DNA of 32,000 nucleotides from Gammaproteobacteria bacterium (GTDB lineage Bacteria; Pseudomonadota; Gammaproteobacteria; JBIOEC01): NCBI GenBank assembly GCA_965279305.1, contig OZ257143.1, positions 780,001 to 812,000 of the forward strand, read 5' to 3'. Shown piece by piece: positions 26,078 to 32,000 of this stretch (position 1 is its first letter; each line of letters starts with the position of its first letter). The notes under the pieces were generated by a model. It saw only the letters and a program-made list of their open reading frames with translations, ran no database searches and was not told where the DNA came from. The position numbers and the translations under genes were made by a program.

Positions 26078-26350
26078 ATGACTACTGTCACCGTAAACCA
26101 ATTTAGAGAACATCTGCGACATTATGTTGAGGAAACCACAAAAACTCATGAAGTTCTTACTGTTTCTAGACGTAATGGAAAGGATTTTGTCGTAATGAGC
26201 AGTGAAGATTGGCAAAGCATTGAAGAAACATTATATGTGCTACAAAACACCTCCTTGGTAGAGCAAATCCAAAAGTCATTCGAAACACACGGAAAAAATC
26301 AGGGTTATCAACCGGGTGAAGGGGAATTTGATGAGATCAATCATCTTTGA
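26078..26350 (+). CDS. yefM: YefM/Phd-family antitoxin
   Basis: The sequence MTTVTVNQFREHLRHYVEE...VLTVSRRNGKDFVVMSSEDWQSIEETLYVL is a typical YefM N-domain. GAGG serves as SD. Confidence 0.85.
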   Translation: MTTVTVNQFREHLRHYVEETTKTHEVLTVSRRNGKDFVVMSSEDWQSIEETLYVLQNTSLVEQIQKSFETHGKNQGYQPGEGEFDEINHL

Positions 26351-26600
26351 AGGTGCTACCTGGGAAAAATATGAAGGACTACGCCAAGAAAATAAAGTCT
26401 TGCACAAAAATCTGTGTGAAATTATTAAAGAGATGCAACGCAATAACCCGTCGAAAGGTATAGGAAAACCAGAACCTCTAAAACATCAACTGAAAGGATT
26501 ATGGTCTAGACGTTTGTCGCAAAAAGATCGTGTAATTTATCGCTTTGATGAAAATTTTATTTATATTTTTGCTATTGGTGGTCATTACGATGACCGATAA
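26331..26600 (+). CDS. yoeB: YoeB/Txe-family mRNA interferase toxin
   Basis: [28 protein letters not shown] closely matches E. coli YoeB [28 protein letters not shown], and the C-terminal HY is present. ATG 26331 is preceded by AGGGG and overlaps the yefM 3' end. Confidence 0.88.
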   Translation: [89 protein letters not shown]

Positions 26601-26613
26601 GTTTTAATCGATC

Positions 26614-27333
26614 TTAATTTTTTTTTGCAACAAAGCCTACCCATTCTCTTCCATCTAAGCAAAAATCTTCATGGACTCCAGCTTCTTTTCCGCCAAATAA
26701 ATAAGATTTTTCAATAATAAACCCTGCATCAGAAAATACTTGCGCTAGAATTTCATTATCAAAAAGATGGATTTGAGCGGGAACACCTTTGCTGAGTTCA
26801 TGATCAACATTATATTCCCACTTGTTTTCAATAAATCCTGGATAGGGTAGGCCTTTGGCTTTTCGTTCTAAAAATGCAGGAATGAAATTTTTGATGGTTT
26901 TATGATAAGGGGTATAATTAACAATAAATACTTTACCGCTAGGTATCAAGTTTTTATATAAAAATTGAATAGCATTCTTCATTTCTTCTTGATTCAAAAA
27001 AGTTAAAACATGAGACAGTAAAGCAGCGGAAATAGGTGTATTCAAAACTAAGTTATTGGGGAAATGAGCGCATTGAGTAGTTAATCGATTTTGCAATTCT
27101 ATGGGAGTAGCGTCTTTTAGCAAATCAAGATGTTCTTGGCAAATATCTACAGCAATTACCTCCGCGCCAACTTTTAAGCAAGGAAGCGTAGCGACTCCAT
27201 AAGCGGCCCCAATATCTAAAACAGGGAATAAAGCATCTTGGGAGAAAGAGATAAATTCGTCTGTAATAGAAGAAGGTTGATGTTCATATCCATAATTATT
27301 TTTTGTTTTTTTGAGAGAACTACCCGATTTCAA
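26614..27333 (-). CDS. Class I SAM-dependent methyltransferase, substrate unknown
   Basis: Motif I is VLDIGAAYGVAT, followed by an acidic residue (IAVD). The TTG start at 27333 is preceded by AGGAGA at 7 nt, and there is no in-frame ATG before motif I. It overlaps the MFS 3' end. Confidence 0.7.
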   Translation of the reverse strand: MKSGSSLKKTKNNYGYEHQPSSITDEFISFSQDALFPVLDIGAAYGVATLPCLKVGAEVIAVDICQEHLDLLKDATPIELQNRLTTQCAHFPNNLVLNTPISAALLSHVLTFLNQEEMKNAIQFLYKNLIPSGKVFIVNYTPYHKTIKNFIPAFLERKAKGLPYPGFIENKWEYNVDHELSKGVPAQIHLFDNEILAQVFSDAGFIIEKSYLFGGKEAGVHEDFCLDGREWVGFVAKKN

Positions 27334-28576
27334 ATGCTTTCTCCTGTATGTTATAAATATGCAGTAAAGTTAATAGGCCAATAATTGCCAATATAGCAGA
27401 AAGGCCTATATAAATCGAAGAATAAATTATTGAACCAGTAGATTTAGCAATAAAATTCAATAGAAATGGGGTGCTTCCAGCAAAAAAACCACTCGTTATA
27501 TTAAGTACTATTGCGTTTCCAGAGTATCTAATGTTAGTTGGAAATGATTTTGATAAAAGAAAGGGGAAGCCAGCAACAAAAAAAGCTCCCAGGATAGTTA
27601 TCGTAAACTGTGATAAAGCAAAGTAAATCGTTTTATCCAACAAAAGTCCATAAAATATAGCAGGAATGGTAAGTATGCAAAAAATGGAACACAAAAACAT
27701 TGTTGGTATTGTTTTTTTCATGGGCGTAAAATTAGCTATAAGGGGGATTAGCAAAGTCATAATAAATAAATTTACTGAGTTTATGATATGTATTTCAGAA
27801 TATTCTTGTGGGAATGATGAAGCGCGAATATTTGGGAAATAAACAAATGTAGTGTATGAAAGTATCACTGATAGTTGAAATATTAATATCATTGATAATA
27901 TCAAGTGTTTATGGTTTTTAATAAGAGTTTTAATAGGTGTTTTTTCTAAATGACCATTAGTTATTGTTTTTGAAAAAATTCTTGATTCGCTCATGTTTTT
28001 TCTGATCAAGATACTTAAAAGACCTAATGCTAGAGCAATTACAAACGGAATTCTCCATCCCCATTCTTTGACAGCTAATTCACCTAATGTCTCATTAAGA
28101 GAGACTATTGTTAATGAAGCTAATAGCATACCGAAAAATGTTGCTGCCATACTCATACTTACAGTGATCTTTGTTCTATTTTCTTCATAGAGTAGGGTGA
28201 GAGCACCTGGCATCTCACCGCTTACGGCAATCCCTTGCACTATACGTAAGGCAATTAAAATAATAGTACTCATTATTCCAATAGACACATAAGTGGGCAA
28301 AATTCCAATAAAGAAAGTTGAGATAGCCATTAATATAATAGTTGATAGGAATGGAGTCTTTCTTCATTTTTTATCTCCCCATTGACCATAGAAAATTGCA
28401 CTAATAGGTCGAACAATGAATCCGATTGCAAAAGTAATAAAAACGAAATCCATAGCGTTATCTGTCCAGGGGAAGAAGTGAATCGCAATTATAGATGCTA
28501 GTAATCCAAAAATCGTGAATTCGTAGACTTCAAGCGATATGCCGATAACATAAGAAAAAAATAATTTTCTATTCAT
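27320..28576 (-). pseudogene. MHS-family (ProP/KgtP-like) MFS transporter interrupted by one in-frame TGA
   Basis: ORFs 28576..28364 and 28330..27320 are in the same frame. Read through, the junction is GDKK*RKTPFLSTIILMAISTFFIGILPTY, which aligns with ProP [30 protein letters not shown]. The stop at 28366..28364 replaces the conserved Gly (GGA to TGA). Confidence 0.75.
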
Positions 28577-29375
28577 AAGTTTGGAAAGGCTTATAGCCTC
28601 TTTGATAAAGAGAAAGAATTACATCTGATTTTTTATTTACATTCAGCTTTTTCTTTATATTAAAAATATGATGCTCTGCTGTTTTAGGGCTTATATTAAG
28701 AGTGAAAGATATTTCTTTTGCGCTCTTTCCTTCAACTAGTAAGTAAGCGATCTTTTTTTCTTGAATTGATAATAGATCCTCTTTTAAAAAATCTTGTGAA
28801 GAATTTTGTGTTTTATCGTTTCTCCATGCTGGAATTAATCTGTTTTTATCAGCTAACTTTATTAAGTCATTTGAGGATATTAAAAAATAGTTAGAAAATT
28901 TTTCAAGTTGATCTAGGTTGTTTAAATAAATATTTATAGCGTTTGATATATTTTTCGATGTATAAAAAAAGAAATATTCGGTATATTTTTTACACCTTTT
29001 TATTATAAGAAAGCAATTGTCATGATTAAATATCTCTTTTTGATCGTTTAATTGCTTTTCGTAAAGATCGGCGAGATCACAAGAATAATTTTTGACTCTG
29101 TTTTCATAAAGACAATACTTAACATTACTTAGTAAGTCTGGTGAGTATATATTTATAAGATATGGTTTTTTTATAAACGTATGCTCCAAAGCATATGGAT
29201 CAGACCATAGTTCTAGACGAGAACCGTTAGGGTAGATACGGGAATATGAAAAAGCATTAAGTGATAATTTATCAAATAGAGGCTGGCATAATTGCATTAT
29301 ATAGTGAGATGATGTAAAAGAAATATGATCGGTTGTTTTTGTATTTGAAATATCAATTTTATCTAATATTTTCAT
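28569..29375 (-). CDS. LuxR/GerE-type HTH regulator with an unrecognised ~190-aa N-terminal domain
   Basis: The C-terminal LSIQEKKIAYLLVEGKSAKEISFTLNISPKTAEHHIFNIKKKL is a LuxR-type HTH. There is no receiver-domain Asp pocket or obvious AHL-binding motifs in the N-terminal part. Confidence 0.75.
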   Translation of the reverse strand: MKILDKIDISNTKTTDHISFTSSHYIMQLCQPLFDKLSLNAFSYSRIYPNGSRLELWSDPYALEHTFIKKPYLINIYSPDLLSNVKYCLYENRVKNYSCDLADLYEKQLNDQKEIFNHDNCFLIIKRCKKYTEYFFFYTSKNISNAINIYLNNLDQLEKFSNYFLISSNDLIKLADKNRLIPAWRNDKTQNSSQDFLKEDLLSIQEKKIAYLLVEGKSAKEISFTLNISPKTAEHHIFNIKKKLNVNKKSDVILSLYQRGYKPFQTYE

Positions 29376-29377
29376 AT

Positions 29378-29965
29378 TTAATTACTCGTATAATCATACC
29401 TTATGCCCATAATCCCTTGTGCTCCCCTTTTAATGGCTTCATCTTTATCAGTAAGATTTAATCCTCCAACAGCATACACAGGTAAAGATACTTTTTTTAT
29501 TATTTCCTCAAATTGTTCCCATCCGATCGGAATTCTATCGGGATAAGACTTTGACTTTTTTATTAGTGAAAGCGATGCAAAATCAGCGCCTATTTTTTCT
29601 GCAAACTGAAGCTGTTTTAAATTATTGCAATAAATCCCAATGGAGTATTTCTTGGGTAATGGGCGGTCATTTTGATCTTTGAGTGTATCTGCATAATAAC
29701 AGCACCCTTTTGCATGTAGTTTTTTTGCTTGGTCACTTGTTCCATGAATGAACAATGTTAGATGATTTTTGTCACAATAGTCTTTTAAGATGTTATAAGT
29801 AAAATAAAATGCTCTTTCATCAAGCCGTTTTTGCATCATTTGTATATGTCTAATTCCTTGTTCTCTCCGATTTTTTAGTAATTCCAATAAACTAGGTAGT
29901 TCTTCCAAAGAGTTTATATCTGGAGTTATCCACCAGCAATCAGGCAGGTTCTTATTTTGTGTCAT
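29378..29965 (-). CDS. ThiE/TenI-fold (thiamine-phosphate synthase-like) protein, divergent
   Basis: Order-conserved blocks are WWITPD, IRHIQMMQK, IGADFASLS, LPVYAVGGLN and GAQGIMGI. Several residues I recall as catalytic in ThiE appear substituted. Confidence 0.55.
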   Translation of the reverse strand: MTQNKNLPDCWWITPDINSLEELPSLLELLKNRREQGIRHIQMMQKRLDERAFYFTYNILKDYCDKNHLTLFIHGTSDQAKKLHAKGCCYYADTLKDQNDRPLPKKYSIGIYCNNLKQLQFAEKIGADFASLSLIKKSKSYPDRIPIGWEQFEEIIKKVSLPVYAVGGLNLTDKDEAIKRGAQGIMGIRYDYTSN

Positions 29966-29974
29966 ATATAAGCT

Positions 29975-30412
29975 TTAGTGTGGTTCAATTTCAAAAATAG
30001 CTCCAACCTCAACAGCAGCACCTAGAGGGAGAGACGAGACGCCAACGGCCTCTCTAGTATGTTTTCCTTTTTCTTGGAAAAATTCAACTAATAAATCTGA
30101 GGCACCATTGATTACTTGTGAATGTAAAGTGAAGTCTGGCAAAGAATTCACAAAACCCGATACTTTGATGCACTGTCGTACTCGTGAAAAATCACCTACT
30201 GCTGCTTTTAGCTGAGCCAAAATATAATAAGCGCATAATCTGGCTGCCTCTGTACCTTTTTCTATGGTTATATCTTGTCCTACTTTCCCGGAAAATTTTA
30301 ATTTACCGTTTTCCATAGGAAGTTGTCCCGAAATGTATACCATGTTGTGAGTAATTACGTAGGGAATGAAATTAGCGGTTGGTGCAGTTAAAGTGGGTAG
30401 TTCTATTTTCAT
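29975..30412 (-). CDS. RidA/YjgF/TdcF-family protein
   Basis: Motifs are VYISGQLP, CIKVSGFVNS and REAVGVSSLPLGAAVEVGAIFEI. GAGAGGA serves as SD. Confidence 0.8.
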   Translation of the reverse strand: MKIELPTLTAPTANFIPYVITHNMVYISGQLPMENGKLKFSGKVGQDITIEKGTEAARLCAYYILAQLKAAVGDFSRVRQCIKVSGFVNSLPDFTLHSQVINGASDLLVEFFQEKGKHTREAVGVSSLPLGAAVEVGAIFEIEPH

Positions 30413-30527
30413 TTTTTTCCTCTCAGTAAGTATTTTTCCCGATGTTGATGTTTATTTAATAGATTTAAAATTATTTTACCCTTTTTTTTATTTATTAAAA
30501 GATAAACATCACCAAAGATTACAATTT

Positions 30528-30749
30528 ATGTATAAAAAATCGATCACTATTTCTGATTGGCGGGATATGCTGGTAGAAATAAGAGAGGCTGGATATACAC
30601 TGAGAGAGATATCGCGGGTAACCGGGGTTTCTAGAACTACCTTGGATCGATGGTCCAAAAGCGATAAGGAATTACCCCATCATTATCTATTTTCAAAGAT
30701 GCTGTATTTTTACTCTCACCACCACTTAAAAAAGTCTATTTTCGCCTAA
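30528..30749 (+). CDS. Small (73 aa) HTH protein, possible cassette regulator
   Basis: The HTH is YTLREISRVTGVSRTTLDRWSK. It is divergent from the RidA-led cassette. I chose ATG 30528 because the longer track ORF (30366) overlaps ridA and encodes low-complexity hydrophobic sequence. No clear SD is present. Confidence 0.4.
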   Translation: MYKKSITISDWRDMLVEIREAGYTLREISRVTGVSRTTLDRWSKSDKELPHHYLFSKMLYFYSHHHLKKSIFA

Positions 30750-30923
30750 TCCCCCTTGTTTATTTAAGCTCTAGCCCCCATAAAGGTAAGATATCTACGA
30801 TATTTGTAAGCTATCTTGCCTAAATTTAAGGTTGGTTTTGAGAAATTGAGCAGGGGAGATAGGTCAGATGCCTTCACTATAGAGCTGTTTTAGCCTCTAG
30901 GAAGGGTCTGTCAGAATAAAGTA

Positions 30924-30932
30924 TGGTATACT
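30924..30932 (+). promoter_or_regulatory. Possible extended -10 promoter for ftsH
   Basis: TGgTATACT lies 32 nt upstream of the ftsH ATG. No good -35 element is present. Confidence 0.25.
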
Positions 30933-30963
30933 CAACAAGTTTAACTCACGATGGAATTCTATA

Positions 30964-32000
30964 ATGAATGCAATGTTAAAAAACTTAGTTATTTGGCTCA
31001 TAATTGCTCTGGTGCTGATGTCTATATTCAGCAACTTCGGTGGCAAAAACTTTGGTGCGCCTGTTATCAACTACTCTGATTTCTTACACAGAGTGGAAAC
31101 CAATTCTATACAACGTGTAGTGATTGATCACAACACGATTACGGCTTTCGATCGTAATAATCAAAAATTCATTACTTATATGCCTATGGATGATCCAGGC
31201 TTAATGAATGATTTGATTAAAAACAAAGTAGCAGTGGAAGGACAACCTCCTGAACAACAAAGCTTATTGTTACAAATCTTTATTAACTGGTTCCCTATCC
31301 TTCTCTTTATTGGTGTGTGGATATTCTTTATGCGCCAAATGCAAGGTGGCGGCGGACGTGGCGGCGCGCTTTCTTTTGGTAAAAGTCGTGCACGCTTATT
31401 AACTGAAAATCAAACTAAAGTAACTTTCGCTGATGTGGCAGGTTGCGAAGAAGCTAAAGATGATGTGCGCGAGTTAGTAGAATTTTTACGCGAACCTGCT
31501 AAGTTCCAAAAAATTGGTGGTCGTATTCCTCGCGGCGTATTAATGATTGGACCTCCTGGTACCGGTAAAACATTATTAGCACGCGCGATTGCGGGCGAAG
31601 CACGCGTTCCTTTCTTTACGATTTCAGGTTCTGATTTCGTTGAAATGTTTGTAGGTGTTGGTGCTTCTCGTGTACGTGATATGTTTGAGCAAGCAAAAAA
31701 ACAAGCGCCTTGTATTATTTTTATCGATGAAATCGATGCTGTGGGTCGTCATCGTGGTGCAGGTTTAGGCGGCGGTCATGATGAACGCGAACAAACATTA
31801 AACCAATTATTAGTAGAAATGGATGGCTTTGAAGGTTCTGAAGGTGTGATTGTAATCGCAGCGACTAACCGTCCTGACGTTTTAGATCCCGCTTTATTAC
31901 GCCCAGGTCGTTTTGATAGACAAGTAGTTGTAGGATTACCTGACATCCGTGGACGCGAACAAATTTTACAAGTGCATTTACGTAAAGTATCAGCAGGACC
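30964..32000 (+). CDS. ftsH: ATP-dependent zinc metalloprotease FtsH (5' part, continues beyond the window)
   Basis: It is not in the ORF track because no stop falls in the window. The translation starts [22 protein letters not shown], has a second TM helix, Walker [19 protein letters not shown], Walker [10 protein letters not shown] and [23 protein letters not shown]. Confidence 0.95.
   Translation, partial: MNAMLKNLVIWLIIALVLMSIFSNFGGKNFGAPVINYSDFLHRVETNSIQRVVIDHNTITAFDRNNQKFITYMPMDDPGLMNDLIKNKVAVEGQPPEQQSLLLQIFINWFPILLFIGVWIFFMRQMQGGGGRGGALSFGKSRARLLTENQTKVTFADVAGCEEAKDDVRELVEFLREPAKFQKIGGRIPRGVLMIGPPGTGKTLLARAIAGEARVPFFTISGSDFVEMFVGVGASRVRDMFEQAKKQAPCIIFIDEIDAVGRHRGAGLGGGHDEREQTLNQLLVEMDGFEGSEGVIVIAATNRPDVLDPALLRPGRFDRQVVVGLPDIRGREQILQVHLRKVSAG

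Larger units (their letters stand above)
25992..30963. other. Accessory insertion (island 2) separating rlmE from ftsH
   Basis: Eight non-backbone genes lie between rlmE and ftsH, which form one operon in E. coli (from memory). The cassette at 26.6-30.5 kb looks distinctly more AT-rich by eye. No mobility genes are visible. Confidence 0.6.

Noticed and set aside
2104-28190. Other short track ORFs at 2104, 3098, 3411, 4759, 6905, 9038, 10176, 11508, 11612, 12403, 12917, 14842, 15608, 16689, 17682, 18052, 19257, 19469, 20132, 20731, 21487, 21841, 22594, 23953, 24485 and 27993
   Set aside because: All are nested in or antisense to longer ORFs with clear family signatures. None has a recognisable motif or a convincing SD.
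28364-28366. The in-frame TGA in the MFS gene as selenocysteine or programmed readthrough
   Set aside because: The aligned residue in homologs is a structural Gly. No SECIS-like hairpin follows the codon (AGAAAGACTCCATTCC...), and transporters of this family are not selenoproteins.
30366-30527. N-terminal 54-aa extension of the small HTH ORF
   Set aside because: It overlaps the ridA start on the opposite strand and the divergent promoter region. The extension is Phe/Leu/Ile-rich translation of AT-rich DNA. The recognisable HTH begins after the internal ATG at 30528.
26001-30868. Direct repeats flanking island 2 (GGGGAGCAATATGCAGA at 26001-26017 against GGGGAGATAGGTCAGA at 30853-30868) as att-like scars
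   Set aside because: Only about 11 of 17 positions match and a gap is required. That is too weak to separate from chance without comparison to an empty site.
30767-30886. 7-bp inverted repeat AGCTCTA / TAGAGCT, 106 nt apart, upstream of ftsH
   Set aside because: About one such match is expected by chance in a 214-bp region, and there is no supporting structure.
1-32000. tRNA, rRNA, CRISPR arrays, IS elements or integrases that could explain the two islands
   Set aside because: I found no cloverleaf-like sequence, no regularly spaced direct repeats, no transposase- or integrase-like ORF and no terminal inverted repeats on either strand.

Overview
This window looks like a conserved gammaproteobacterial housekeeping backbone from an AT-rich genome. 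The likely source is a Legionellales/Coxiellaceae-like intracellular bacterium, but that taxon call is inference only. The backbone genes are rpiA, a 2Fe-2S ferredoxin-like gene, a Lys-tailed HU, purD-purH-fis (minus strand), a zinc-ribbon/DUF3426 gene, thiS-thiG-trmB, a TerC-family gene, hrcA-grpE-dnaK-dnaJ-carA, carB-greA, yhbY, rlmE and ftsH (5' part). As I recall gene order in E. coli and Pseudomonas, carA-carB and rlmE-ftsH are normally adjacent, and here both pairs are split by accessory DNA. Island 1 (about 14.6-21.3 kb) carries three tandem paralogous eukaryotic-like Ser/Thr kinases. The kinases share an N-terminal domain I cannot place and a Pro-rich C-terminal tail, and each has its own near-identical TTGACT-N17-CATAAT promoter. 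Island 1 also carries a translationally coupled DoxX plus secreted choloylglycine-hydrolase-family pair and a brnT-brnA toxin-antitoxin module. Island 2 (about 26.0-31.0 kb) looks more AT-rich by eye, though I did not compute this. It carries yefM-yoeB with a TGTAC-type operator, followed by a tightly overlapping five-gene minus-strand cassette: RidA, a ThiE/TenI-like protein, a LuxR-type regulator, an MHS-family MFS transporter broken by one in-frame TGA, and a SAM methyltransferase. A divergent small HTH gene sits beside the cassette. I saw no tRNA, rRNA, CRISPR array, IS element or integrase. The kinase array is the most interesting candidate for an undescribed system, most likely a host-targeting effector family. 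All family calls rest on motif recognition by eye, without database searches.
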